A DNA stretch of 64,000 bases, from the NCBI RefSeq assembly GCF_009914755.1, contig NC_060940.1. The stretch is one strand, 5' to 3'. The stretch comes from the human T2T-CHM13v2.0 reference genome, Homo sapiens. Position numbers and translations under genes: made by a program. Each line of letters starts with the position of its first letter. Positions within the stretch are counted from its first letter, which is position 1. The notes beneath the pieces are model-generated. The model ran no database searches and had not been told where the DNA came from. It saw only the letters and a list, made by a program, of their open reading frames with translations. Below, one piece after another: positions 1 to 15,830 of the stretch.

Positions 1-3000
1 CATCAAAGAATGGAATCAAATGGAATCGTCATTGACAGGAATCAAATGGAATAATCACCGAATGGAATCACAAGGATCATTGAATGGAATCCAATGTAAT
101 CATCATTGAATTGAACCTAATGGAATCATTACATGGAGTCGAATGCAATCATCGAATAGACTCAAATGTAATCATCATTGAATGGAATAGAATGGAATCA
201 TCAAACGGAATCAAATGGAATCATCATCAAATAAAATCCAATAAAATCATCGAATGGTCTCAATTGGAATCATCATCCAATGGAATCAAATGTAATCATC
301 GAATGGACACGAATGGAATCACCATTGAATGGAATCAAATGGTATCATCGAATCGACTCTAATGGAATCATCATCAAATGGAATCGAAAGGAATAATCAA
401 ATGTATTTGAATGGAATCATCGAATGGACTCGAATGGAATCATCACCAAATGGAATCGAATGGTATCACCAAATAGAATCAAACGTAATAATCTTCAAAT
501 GAAATTGCATTAAATCATGGAATGGACAAGAATGGAGTCATCATCAAATGGAATCAAATGGAATCATCGAATAGACTCATATATAATAATCATCGAATGG
601 AATGGAAAGGAGTCATCAAACGAAATCAATGGAATCATCATCGAGTGAAATCAAATGGAATAATTGAATGGCACAAAATGGAATCATCATCGAATGGAAT
701 CATCTAAAGGACACGAATGGACTAATCATTGAATGGAATCGAAAGGAAACATCGAATGGACACAAATGGAATCATCACCGAATGGAATTGAATGGAATCA
801 TCATGAAATCGAATCAAATAGGATCGTCATCGAATGAAATCGAAAGGAATCATCACTGAATGTAATTGAATGGAATCATCATTGAATGTAATTGAATGGA
901 ATCATAATTTAAAGGAATCGAATGGATTCATCATCAAATGGAACCAAACAGAGTCATCATCGAATGGAATTGAATGGAATCGTAATCAAATGGAATCGAA
1001 TGGAATCATCAAATGGAAACGAATGCAATCATCGACTGTGCTTCAATGGAATCATCATGGAATGGAATCGAATGCAATCATCGAATGGGCTCGAATGGAA
1101 TCATCATCAAATGGAAACAGATGGAATCATAGAATGGACTTGAATGGAATTATCGAATGGACTCGAATGGAATCATCATTGAATGGAATTGAATGGAATC
1201 ATCGAAAGGTCTGAAATGGAATCATTACCGAATGGAATCGAATGGAATCATCAAATGGAATCGAATGGAATCATCATCGAAAGGAATTGAATAGAATCGG
1301 CATCGAATAGGATAGAATGGAATCATCATCGAATGGAATTTTCATCAAATGGAATCGAATGGAATCATCATTGAATAGAATCGAATGGGATCATCGAATA
1401 AATCGAACAGAATCTTCATCAAAAATAATCGAATTAAAACAAATAATGGAATACAACATACTCATTGAATGGAATCGAATGGAATCATCATTGAAATGAG
1501 TTGAATGGAATCATCATCAAATGGAATCATATAATGGACTTGAATGGAATCATCGAATGTACTCGAATGGCATCATCATGGAATGGAATCATATGAAATC
1601 ATGGAATGCACTCGAATGGAATCATCGAATGGACTCAAATGGAATCAACGTCAGCTGGAATCGAAAGGAAATATCGAATGGACTCGAATGGAAACATCAT
1701 TGAATGGAATCTAATGGAATCATCGAATGGACTCGATTGGAATCATCATCGAATGGAATCAAATGGAATCATCAAATGGAATTGAATGGAATCATCATCG
1801 AATGGAATCAATTGGAATCATCAATGAATGGAATCGAATGGAGTCATGGAATGGAGTCCGTTAAAATCATCATCGAATGGAACCGAATGCAGACAACATC
1901 AACTGGAATCAAATGGAATAATCGAATGGACGTGATGGAATCATCATTGAATGGAATCAGAAAAAGTCATTGAAAGGACTAGAATGGAATTATCATCGAG
2001 TGGAATCGAATGGAATCATCATCGAATGGAATCAAAAGGAATCATCCAATGGACTAGAATGGAATCATTAAATGTACTCGAATGGAATCATCATCGAATG
2101 GAATCAAAAGAAATCATCCAATGGACTTGAATGGAATCATTGAATGTACTCAAATGGAATCATCATCGAATGCAAGCGAATGGAATCATCCAATGGACCC
2201 GAATGGTATCACAATTGAATGGAATCAAATGGAATCATTGAATGGAATCATCATCAAATGGAGTCCAATGAAATCATCAAATGGACTTGAATGGAAACAT
2301 CATAGAATGGAATTGAATGGAATCATCATTGAATGGAATCAAATAGTATCATCGAATGCACTCGAATGGAATCATCAATGAATGTTATCATCGAATGGAA
2401 TCAGGTGGAATAATCTTCAATTGGCATCAAAATAAATCACTGAATGGTCTTGAATGGAATAATCATCGAAAGGAATCGAATGGAATCATCGAATCAAATC
2501 GAACAGAATGATCGTCAAATGGAATCGAACAGAATCATTGATCGGACTCAAATAAAATCATCATCGAATGGAATCAAATTGAATCATCATCAAATGGAAT
2601 CAAAAAGGATCAACACCAAATGGAGTCGAATGGAATCATCATCAAATGGAATCCAAAGGAATAATCATCGAATGGAACTGAATGGAATCATCATCGAATG
2701 GAAATGAAAGGAGTCATCATCAAGTGGAATTGCATGGAATCGAATGGAATCATCATCAAATGGAATCTGATGGAACCATCGAATGGAATTGAATGGAATC
2801 ATCATCGAATTAATTGAATGATATCATCGAATGGTCTCGAATGGGATCATTATCTAATCGAATCGAAAGGAATCATCAAATGGATTCGAATTGAATCATC
2901 GAATGGACTCGAATGGAATCATCGAATGCACTCAAATGGAATCATCATCAAATGGACTTAAATGGAATGATAAAATGGACTCGAATTGAATCATCGATTG

Positions 3001-6000
3001 GACTCAAATGGAGTTATCAAATGGGCGCGAATGGAATCATCAAATGGACTCGAATGGAATCATTATCGAATGGAATCAAATGGAATCATCGAATGGAATC
3101 TAATGGAATCATTGAATGAAATCGATTGGAATCATCATGAAATGGAATCAGGTGGAATCCTAGAATGGAATTGAATGCAGTCATCATCAAATGGAATCAA
3201 ATGGAATCATCGTAGAATAGAATCAAACTGAATCATCAAATGGAATCGAATGCAATCGTCGTCGAATGTATTCGAATGGAATCTTCAAATAGAATCTAAT
3301 GGAATCATTGAATGGAATTGAAAGGAATCAGCATCAAACGAAATCGAATGGAATCATCATTGAATAGAATCAAATGGAATCATTGAATGGATTCACCATC
3401 AAATGGAGTCCAAAGGAATCATCAAATGTACTCGAATGGAATCATCGACTGGACTCGAATGGAATCAGTGAATGGACTCGAATGGAATCATCATGCAATG
3501 GAATCAAATGAAATCATCCTCAAATGGAATTGAATGGGATCATCACTGAAAGGAATCGAATGGAATCATCAAATTAAACCAGATGGAATCATCACCGAAT
3601 GGAATCGAATGGAATCATTGAATGAAATCAAATGGAATCATCATCAAATGGAGTCGAATTAAATCATCATCGAATGGAATCCAATGGAATCATCAATGAA
3701 GGGAATCGAATGGAATCATCATCGAATGGAATCAAATGGAATCATCAATGAATGGAATCTAATGGAATCATCGAATGAAATCTAATGGAATCTTCATCAA
3801 ATGAAATCTTATGGAATCATCGAATGGACACACATGGAATCATCATTAAAAGAAATTGAATGTAATCATAGAATGAAATCGAATGGAATCATCATTGAAT
3901 GGAATCGAATAGAATCATCGAATGGAATCAAATGGAATTATCAAATAATGGAATCGAATGGAATCATTTAATTGACTCGAATGGAATCTTCATCGAATGT
4001 AATCGAATGGAATCATCGAATGGACTCAAATGGAAACATCATCGAATGCAATCTAACGGAATCATGGAATGGAATCAAATGGAATCATCATCGCATGGAA
4101 TCAAATGGAATCATCAAATGGAATCAAGTGGAATCATCGAATTGTACCGAATGCAATCATCCTCGAATGGAATCAAAAGGAATCATCGAATGGACTCAAA
4201 TGGAATCATCATCAAATGGAATCAAATGGAATCATCGAGTGGACTCGAATGCAATCATCCAAGGGACACGAATGGAATCATCATTGAATGGAATAGAATG
4301 GAATCATCGAACGGACTCGAATGGAATTATCATTGAATGGAATCAAATGGAATCATCGAACGAATTTGAATGGAATCATCATCGAATGGAATGGAATCTC
4401 ATCATCGAATGTATTCGAATGTAATCATCATTGAATGGAATCATGTGGAATCATCGAATGAACTCGAAATGAATCATAATCGAATGCAATCGTAAGGCAT
4501 CATCATCGAATGGATTCACATGGAATCATCATCGAATGGAATCATACGGAATCATCATAGAATGGAATTGAATGGAATGATCAGTTGGACTCGAATGGAA
4601 TCATCAAATGGACCCAAAGGGAAGCATCGAATGGACTCAAACAGAATCATCATTGAATGGAATCAAATGGAATCATGGAAAGGACTTGAATCGAATCATC
4701 AAATGGACTTGAACTGAATCATTATAGAATGGAACTGAAAAGAGTCATTGGATGGACTTGAATGGAATCATCTTTAAATGGAATCGATTGGAATCATCCA
4801 ATGCACTCGAATGGAATCATCATCATATGGAATTTAATGGCGTCATTGAATGGACTCAAATGGAATCATCATCAAATGGAATCCATAGGAATCATCGGAT
4901 GGAATCAAATGATATTATCGAATTGAATCAAATGGAATCATCTTTGAATGGAATCGAATGGAATCATCGAATGCAATCGAAGGCAGTCATCATTGAATGG
5001 AATCAAATGGAATCATCTAATGGAATCAAACAGAATCATCATTGATTAGAATCGAATGGAATGGTTATCAAATGGAATCCAATGAAGTCATCAACGAATG
5101 GAATCTAATGGAGTCATCATCTAAAGGAATTGAATGGAATCAGCAAGGAATGGAATCGAATGGAGAAATCGAATGTAATCCTTTGGAATCATCATTGAAT
5201 GAAAACAAATGTAGTCATCAGAGAATGGAATCGAATGGAATTAATGAAGGGACTCGAATGGAATCATCATTGAATTGAATCGGATGGAATCATCGAATGG
5301 ACTCGAATGGAGACATCATCGAATGGAATCGAATGGAATCATCGAATTGACTCTAATGGAATCATCATTGAATGGAATCAAATGGAATCGAATGGAATCA
5401 TAGAATGGACTCTAATGGAATCATCATGGAATGGAATTGAACGGAATCACCAAATGAACTCGAATGGAATCATTATTGAATGGAATCGAGTGAAATCCTC
5501 AAATGGAATCAAATGGAATCATCAATTGGAATTGAACGGAATCATCATCAAATGGAATTGAATGGAATCATCTAATGGAATCGAACACAATCAACATTGA
5601 ATGATTTGAATGGAATCATCATCGAATAGAATCAAATGGAATCATCAAATAGAATCGAATGGAATCATTGTCGAGTTTAATCGAGTGGAATCATCGAATG
5701 GAATCGAGTGGAATCAATGTCGATTGGAATGGAATGGAATCAATGAATGAAAATGAATGGAATCACCATTTAATGGAATCAAATGGAATCATCATCGAAT
5801 GGAATTGAATGGAATCATCAAATGGACTAGAATGCAATCATCATTGAATGGAATCACATGGAATCATCATCGAATGGAATCATACGGAATCATCATCGAT
5901 GGGAATTGAAGGGAATGAAAAATTGGACTCGAATAGAATCAACAAATGAACTCGAATGGAAGTGTCAAAAGGACTCAAATGGAATAATCATAGAATGGAA

Positions 6001-9000
6001 TTGAAAGGAATCATCTAATGGACTAGAATGGAATAATCATCGCATAGAATTGAATGGAATCATAGAATGGACTCGAATGGAGTCATCATCAGAGGGAATC
6101 AAATGGAATCATTGAATAAAATCAAATGTAATCGTCATAAAATGAAATTGCATTGAAACATCGAATGGAAACGAATGGAGTCATCATCGAATGGAATCGA
6201 GTGGAATCATGGAATGGACTCGAATGGAATAATCGAATGGAATGGAAAGGATTCATCAAAAAGAAATCACTGGAATCATCATCAAATGAAATCAAATGGA
6301 ATAATCAAATGACACCGAGTGGAATCATCATTGAATAGAATCAAATGGAATCATCCGATGGACTCAAATGGAATAATCACCAATTGGAATCGAATGGAAA
6401 CATCGAATGGACACAAATGGAATCATCACTGAATGGAAAGAATGGAATCATCATCGAATGGAATACAATGGAATCATCATCGAATGGAATACAATGGAAT
6501 CATCATCGAATGTAACTGAATGAAATCATCATTGAAAGGAATCGAATGGATTCATCATCAAATGGAACTGAACAGAGATAGAATTGAATGGAATCGTAAT
6601 CAAATGGAATTGAATGGGATTATTAAATGAACTCTAATGCAGTCATCGACTGGGCTTCAATGGAATCATCATGGAATAGAATCAAATGGAATCATCGAAT
6701 GGACTCGATTGGAAGCATCATTGAATGGAATCAGATGGAATCATCGAATGGTTTTGAATGGAATCATCGAATGGACTTGAATGGAATCATCATGGAATGG
6801 AATTCAATGGAATCGTCGAATGGTTTCGAATGGAACCATCATCGAATGGAATCGAATGGAATCATCGAATGGAATTGAATGGAATCAAATAGAGTCGGCA
6901 TCAATTAGAATTGAATGGAATCATCATTGAATGGAATCGAATGGAATTTTGATCAAATGGAATCGAATGGAGTCATCATTGAATAGAATCAAATGGAATC
7001 ATCATTGAATGGAATCGAATGGAATTTTGATCAAATGGAATCGAATGGAGTCATCATTGAATAGAATCAAATGGGATCATCAAATGAAATCGAATGGAAT
7101 CATCATCAAAAAGAATCGAAGTAAAACAAAGAATGGAATACAACAGACTCATTGAATGTAATCGAATTGAATCATCATTGAAAGAACTCGAATGGAGTCA
7201 TCATCGAATGGAATCGAATGGAATCATTTAATGTACTCGAAAGGAATCATCAAATGGAATCGAATGGAATCATCATAGAATGGAATCGAATGAAATCATG
7301 GAATGCACTCGAATGGAATCATTGAATGCACTCAAATGGAATCAATGTCGAGTGGAATCGAAAGGAAACATCGAATGGACTCGAATGGAATCATCATCGA
7401 ATGGACTCAAAAGGAATCATCATCGAATGGAATCAACTCGAATTATTGAATTGAATCTAATAGAATCATCATTGAATGGAATCGAATTGAATCATCATCA
7501 AATGGAGTCGAATGGAATCATCATATAATGGAATCGAATGGAATCATCATCGAATGGACTCGAATGGAATCATCATCAAACGGAATCAAGTGGAAACATT
7601 GAATGGAATCATCATTGAATGGAATCAAATTGAATCATCATCAAATGGAATCTAATGGAATCATCTTATCATGGAATCGAATGAAATCATCATCAAATGG
7701 AATCAAATGGAATCATCAATGAATGCAATCAAAAGGAGTCATCAAATGGCGTCCGTTGGAATCATCATTGAATGGAACCGAAGGCAGTCATCATTGACTG
7801 GAATCAAATGGAATCATCGAATGGACTCGATGGAATCATCATCTCATGGAATCAAATGGAATCATTGAATGGACTGGAATGCAATCATCGAATGGACTCG
7901 AAGGGAGTCATCATCAAATGGAATAGAAAGGAATCATCGAATGGACTCGAAGGGAATAATCATCGAGTGGAATTGAATGGAATATTCGAATTGACTGGAA
8001 TGGAATCATCATCGAATGGAATCGAAAGGAATCATCAAGTGGACTTGAATGGAATCACTGAATGTACTCAAATGGAATCATCATCAAATGCAAACGAAAG
8101 GAATGATTGAATGGACCCAAATGGAATCACCATCGAATGGAATTGAATGGAATAATCATCGAATGGAATCGAATAGTATCATCAAATGCACTCGAATGGA
8201 ATCGTCAATGAATGGTATCAAATGGTATCATCGAATGGAATCGAATGGAATCATCTTCAATTGGCATTGAAATAAATCACGGAATGGACTCGAATGGAAT
8301 AATCATCGAAAGAATTGAATGGAATCATCGAATGGAACCAAATGGAATCATCATCGAATGGAAACGAGTGGAATCATCGAATGTACTTGAATGGAATCAT
8401 CATCGAATGGAATCAAATTGAACCATTTGAACCATCATCGAATGGAATTGAAAAGAATCAACATCAAATGGAGTCGAATGGAATCATCATCAAATGGAAT
8501 CCAAAGGAATCATCATCGAATGGAAACGAAAGGAGGTATCATCGAATGGAATGCCATGGAATCATCATCGAATGGAATCGAATGGAATCATCATCAAATG
8601 GAATCTAATGGAATCATTGAATGGAATTGAATGGAATCATCATCAAATTAATTGAACGGAATCATCGAATGGTCTCGAATGGAATCATTATCAAATGGAA
8701 TCATAAGGAATCATCGAATGGGCTCGAAAGGAATCATTGAATGGACGCAAATGGAATCATCATTGAATGGACTCAAATGGAATCATCGAACGGACTTGAA
8801 TGGAATCATCGATTGGACTCAAATGGAATTATAGAATGGGCTCGAATGGAATCATCGAAAGAAGTCGAATGGCATCATTATTGAATGGAATCAAATGGAA
8901 TCATTGAATGGAATCAAATGGAAACATCGAATGGAAATGATCAGAATCATCATCAAATGGAATCAAATGAAATCATCGAATGGAATCGAATGCAGTCATC

Positions 9001-12000
9001 ATTGAATGGAATCGAATGGAATCATCAATGAATAGAATCGAATTGAATCATCGAATGGAATCGAATGGAATCATCGTTGAATGTAATCGAATGGAATCTT
9101 CAAATGGAATCAAATAGAATCATCGAATTGAATTGAAAGGAATCAGCATCGAACGAAATTGAATGGAATCATCATTGAATAGAATCGAATGGAATCATTG
9201 AATGGAATCATCATCAAATGGAGTCCAATGGAATCATCAAATGGACTCAAAAGGAATCATCGAAGGGAGTCGAATGGAATCATCGAATGGAGCCGAATGG
9301 AATCATCATCGAATGGAATCAAATGAAATCATCATCAAATGGAATCGAATGGAATAATCACTGAATTGAATCAAATGGAATCATTGAATGAAATCAGATG
9401 GAATCATCATCAAATGGAATCGAATAGAAGCATCGAATGAAATCGAATTGAATCATCACTCAACGGACTCGAATGGAATCATCATCAAATGGACTCGAAT
9501 GGAATCATTGTTGAATGGAATCGATTGGAAGCATCATCGAATGGAATCGAATGAAAACATCATCGAATTGAATCAAATGGAATCATCATGGAATTGAATC
9601 GAATGGCTCGTGATTGAATCAAACCAAATGGAATCATCATCGAATCGATTCAAATGGAATCATCGAATGGAATGGAATGGAATCATCATCGAATGGAATC
9701 GAATGGAACCATCAAATGAAATGGAATGGAATCATCAGCGAATGGAGTCAAATGGAATCATCATAGAATGGAATCTAATGGAATTATCAATGAAGGGAAT
9801 CGAATGGAATCATCATAGAATGGATTCAAGTGGAATCATGAACGAATGGAATCGAATCAAATCATTGAATGGAATCCAATGGAATCATCATCAAATGGAA
9901 CCAAATGGAATCATTGAATGGACTCAAATGGAATCATCATCAAATGGACTCGAATGGAATCATCATCAAAAGGAATCGAATGGTGTCATCGAATGGAATC
10001 AAATGGAATCATGGAATGGACTCGAAAGGAATCATCGAATGGAATCGAATGGAATGATCATTGAATGGAATCGAATGAAACCATCGAATGGAATCGAATG
10101 GAATCATCATCGAACGAAATCAAATGTAAACATTGAATGGAATCAAATGGAATCATCATCAAATGGAAACGAATGGAATCATTGAATGGATTCAAATGGA
10201 AACATCAATGAATGGAATCATCGAATGGCATCAAATGAAGTCATCATCAAATGGAATCGAATGGAATCATCAAATGGATGCAAATGGAATCATCATCGAA
10301 TGCAATCAAATGTAATTATCGTATGGACACCAATGGAATCATCATTGAATGGAATCGAATGGAATCATCAAATGGAATAGAATGGAGTCATCATCAAATG
10401 ACATCGAATGGAAACATCGATTGGAATAGAATGGAATCATCATCGAATGGAAACGAACAGAATCATCAAATGAAATCGAATGGAATCATCATCGAATGGA
10501 GTTGAATGAAATCATCATTGAAAGGAATCCAATGGAATCATGAATGAAGGGAATCGAATGGAATCATCATCGAATGGAATCAAATGGAATCATGAAGGAA
10601 TGGAATAGAATGGAATCATCGAACGGACACGAATGGAATCATCATCAAATGGAAACGAATGAAATCATCGAATGGACTCGAATGGAATCGTCATCGAATG
10701 GACTCAAATGGAATCATCATCGAATGGAATCGAATGGTGTCATCGAATGGACTCAAATGGAATCATCGAATGGACTTGGATGGAATCATCGAATGGAATC
10801 AAACAGAATCATCAAGGAGTGGAATTGAATGGAATCATAGAATGGAATCCAATGTAGTCATCTTCGAATTGAACCCAACGGGATCATTAAATGGACTCGA
10901 ATGGAAGCATCAAAAGGACTCAAATGGAATCATCATTAAATAGAATAGAATGGAATCGTCGTATGCAATCGAATGGAATCATCGAATGGACTTGAATGGA
11001 ATCAACATCGAATGGAATCGAATGGAATCACGGAATGGACTCGAATGGAATCTTCATCGAATGGAATTGAAGGGAATCATCAAGTGGACTTGAATGGAAT
11101 CATTGAATGGACTCGATTGGAATCATCATCGAATGGTGTTGAATGGAATCATTGAATTTACTCGAATGGAATAATCATCAAATGGAACCGAATGGAAACA
11201 TCGAATGGAATCGAATGGAATCATCATTGAATGGAATCGAATGCAATCGTCTTCGAATGGAATCGAATGGAATCATCATCGAGTGGAATCTAATGGAATC
11301 ATCATGTAATGTAATCGAATGCAATCATCAACAAATGGAATCAAATGGAGAAATTGAATGGAATCCTTTGGAATCATCATCTAATGGAACCTAATGCAGT
11401 CGTCATCAAATGGAATCGAATGGAATCATCAGCAAATGGAATCGAAAGGAATCATCATGGAATAGAATCAAATGGAATCATTGAATGGAATGGAATGGAA
11501 TCATCATGGAAAGGAATCGCAGGGAATCATTGAATAGAATCGAACGGAATTATTGAATGGAATTGAAGGGAATGATCATCGAATGGACTCAAATAGAATT
11601 ATCATCAAAAGGAATTGAATGGAATCGTCGATTGGACTCTAATGGAATAATCGGATGGACTCCAATGGAATAATCGGATGGACTCCAATGGAATCATCAA
11701 ATGGAATCAAGTGGAATCATCGAATGGACTCGAATGGAAACATCCTCAAATGAAATTGGATAGAATCAATGAAGGGTCTCGAATGGAATCATCGAAAGGA
11801 CTCGAATGTAATCATCATTGAATGGAATCGAATGAAATCATCGAATGGACTCGAATGGAATCATCATCAAATGTAGTTGAATGGGATCATCATGAAATGG
11901 AATCGAATGGGATCATCATCAAAAATCCAATGGATTCACAGAATGGACTCGAATGTAATGATCAAATGGACTCGAATGGAATAATCAAATGGAATCTAAT

Positions 12001-15000
12001 GGAATCATTGAATGGATTCGTATGGAATTATCGAATGGACTTGAATGGAGTCATCGAATGGACTCTAATGGAATCATAGTAAAATGGAATATTATGGAAT
12101 CATCAAATGGACTCGAATGTAATCATTGAATGTACTTAAATGAAGTCATCGAATGGACTCGAATGAAATTATCATCCAATGAAATCGAATGGAATCCTCG
12201 AATAGAATCAGATGGAATTATCAAATGGAATCAAAAGGAATCATCATCAAATGGAATCGAATGGAATCAAAGGCAACCATCATGGAATGGAATCAAATGG
12301 AATCATGGAATGGAATCGAATGGAATCATCGTCAAGTGGAATCGAGTGGAATCATCGAATGGAATCATTGTCAAATGGAATGGAATGGAATCAGTGAGTG
12401 GAAATGAATGGAATCACCAATGAATGGAATCGAATGGAATCATCATTGAATGGAATCAAATGGAATCATTGAATGGACTTAAATAGTATCATCATCAAAT
12501 GGAATCGGGTGGAATCATCTAATGGGCACGAATAGAATCATCATCGAAGGGAATTGAATGGAATCATCTAACTTACTCAAATGGAATCATCATTGAATGG
12601 AATAGAATGGAATCATCGAATGGAATTGAACGGAATCATCATCGTATGGAATCGAGTGGAATCATCGAATGGACTCGAAAGTAATCATCGGAGAATGGAA
12701 TCAAATAGAATCATCAAATGGACTCGAATGGAGTCATCATCCAATGGAAAGAATGGATTCATAATCCAATGTAATTGAATAGAATCATCATCGGATGGAA
12801 TCATGCAAGGTTATAGAATTGAATCTTCATCGAATGCAATCAAATATAATCATTGAATGAAATTGAATGGAATCATCATCGAATGGAATCATCAACGAAA
12901 GGAATCAAATGGAATCATAGAATGGAATCCAATGTAATCATCATCGTATTGAACTCAATGGAATCATTAAATGTACCCAAATGGAATCATTGAATGGACT
13001 CGAATGGAATCATCATCAAATGGAATCGAATGGAATCATTCAGTGGACTCGAATGGAATCATCATCGAATGGAATCGAATGGAATCATCAAATGGACTCG
13101 AATGGAATCATCATCGAATGGACTCAAATGGAATGATTGAATGGATTCGAATGGAATCATGGATTGTACTCAAATGGAATTAACGAATGGGCTCAAATGG
13201 AATCATCGAATGGACTCGAATGGAATCATTATGAAATGGAATCAAATGGAATCATCAAATGAATCGAATGGAATCATCGAACGTAATCGATCGCCATCAT
13301 CATGAAATGGAATCAAATGTAATCATCAAATGGAATCGAATGCAGTCATCATTGAATGAAATCGAATGGAATCAACATCGAATAGAATTGAATGGAATCA
13401 TCGAATGGAATCAAATGGAATCATCCTCAAATGTAATCGAATAGAATCATCGAATGGAATCAAATGGAATAATCAAATGGAAGTGAATGGAATCAGCATT
13501 GAATGATATCAAATGGAATCATCATCGAATAGAATCGAATGGAATCATCATCAAAAGGAGTCAAATGGAATCATCAAATGGACTTGAATGTAATCATCAT
13601 AGAATGGAATTGAATGGAATCAAGTGAAATCGAATGGATTCACCATTGAATGGAATCAATTGGTATCATGGAATGCACTCAAATGGAATCATCAACGAAT
13701 GGTATCGAATGCTGTCATCAAATGGAATCGAATGGAATCATCTTCAGTTGGAATCAAAAGGAATCACCGAATGGACTCGAATGGAATAATCATCGAAATG
13801 AATCAAAAGGAATCATTGAATGGAATCGAATGGAATCATCATCAAATAGAATTGAATGGAATCATCGAATGGACTCGAATGGAATCATCCTCGTATGGAA
13901 TCGAATGGAATCATCGAATGGAATCGAATGGAATCATCATCGAATGGAATAGAAAAGAATCAACATCAAATGGAGTCAAAAGGAATCATCGAATGGAATG
14001 GAATGGGATCATCATCGAATGAATTGAATGGAATCATTGAATGGTCTCGAATGGAATCAATATCAAGTGGAATCGAATGGAATCACCGAATAGAATCGAA
14101 TGGAATAGTCATCGAATGGAATAGTCATCGAATGGAATCGAATTTAATCATTGAATGGAATCCAATGGAATCATCATCAAATGGAATCGAATAGAATTGG
14201 CATCAAATAGAATTGAATGGAATCATCATCAATGGAATCGAATGGAATTTTCTTCAAATGGAATCGAATGGAAACATCATCAAATAGAATCGAATGTGAT
14301 CATCGAATGAAACTCAATGGAATCAATTAATGGTCTCGAATGGAATCATTGAGTGGACTCAAATGGATTCATCGAATGGAATCTAATGTAATCATCATCG
14401 AATGAAATCAAATGGAATCATCAAATGGAAACGAATGCAATCATCATCGAATGGAATCGAATGAAATCATGGAATGCACTTGAATGGAATCATCGAATGG
14501 ACTCAAATGGAATCAACATTGAGTGGAATTGAAAGAAAACATCAAATGGAGTTGAATGGAATAATCAAATGGAATCATCATCGATTGGAATAGAATGGAA
14601 TCAGCGAACGGACCCGAAAGGAATCATCATCTAATGTAATCAAATGGAATCATCGAATGGAATCCAATGGAATCATCATTGAAAGGAATCGAATGGAATC
14701 ATCATCGAATGGAATCGAATGGAATCATCATCGAATGGAATCGAATGGAATCATCATCGAATGGAATCGAATGGAATCATCATCAAATGGAATCGAATGG
14801 AATCATCAATGAATGGAATCGAATGGAGTCATCGAATTGAGTCCGTTAGAATCATCATCAAATGGAACCAAATGCAGTCATCATCTAATGGAATCAAATG
14901 GAATCATCGAATGGACTCGATGGAATCATCATCACATGGAATCAAATGGAATCATCGAAAGGACTCAAATGGAATCATCATTGAATGGAATCGAATGGAA

Positions 15001-15462
15001 TCATCGATTGGACACGAATGGAAGCACCATCGAATGGAATAGAATGGAATCTTCGAATGAAGTCGAATGAAATTATTGAATGGAATCAAATAGTATCATC
15101 ATTGAATAGAATCGAATTGGATCATCATCAAATGGAATCTAATGAAATCATCATCGAATGGAATCTAGTGGAGTCATCATCTAATGGAATTGAATTGAAT
15201 CAGCAAGGAATGGAATCGAATGGTGAAATCGAATGGAATCCATTAGAATCATCATCGAATGGAACCGAATGCGGTCATCATAGAATGGAATTGAATGGAA
15301 TCAATGAAGGGACTCGAATTGTGTCATCATTGAATGGAATCGGATGGAATCATTGAATGGACTCGAATTGAATCATTTAATCAACTCGAATGGAATTATC
15401 ATCGAATGGAATCGGGTGGAATCCTCGAATGGAATCAAATGGAATCATCAAATGCAATCGAA
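1..15462 (+). repeat. Diverged human satellite 2 (HSATII) array, GGAAT strand on +
   Basis: Continuous 23/26-bp units such as GAATGGAATCATCATCGAATGGAATC and GAATGGACTCGAATGGAATCATC; abrupt end at ...AATGCAATCGAA|CAGATTT. Confidence 0.95.
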
Positions 15463-15519
15463 CAGATTTATAAGAAACTTACTTGAACCAAAAAATAGAA
15501 AAACAAACAAACCAAACCC

Positions 15520-15830
15520 CCTAAATCTGTGATGAGCAAAGTAGACATCACAACAGGAAATATCACTGGGGATGAAGAATAACATTTCAAAATGACACCA
15601 AGAAGTCATGTAAATAAGAAGTATGTATGCACACAATAGCATTACTTCAAAATACATAATATAAAACGTATTAAAACTGAAATGTAAAATAGTAAAGCCA
15701 CAGTCATCCATGGGGATTTCAACAGTCTCCTGCCAGAAATTTTTAAATTTTGTTAAACGAAAAGTTGGTAATGGTAGAGAGGATCTTATAAATATAATTA
15801 GCCAACTTGATCTAATTGAATATTTTAGAA
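15520..15830 (+). mobile_element. Ancient L1 (L1M-type) ORF2 endonuclease-region fragment
   Basis: AAAGTAGACATCAC...TATGCACACAATAGCATTACTTCAAAATAC...GGGGATTTCAACAGTC resembles the L1 EN motifs KVDF...YAPN...GDFNTPL. Confidence 0.65.

Noticed and set aside
1-15462. CRISPR-like repeat-spacer array
   Set aside because: No unique spacers or cas genes; this is a eukaryotic tandem satellite.
84-15532. Dozens of MESSSNGIEWNH-type ORFs, also at 56.7-59.5 kb
   Set aside because: These are translations of the GGAAT satellite, which lacks stops by composition; there is no gene structure.
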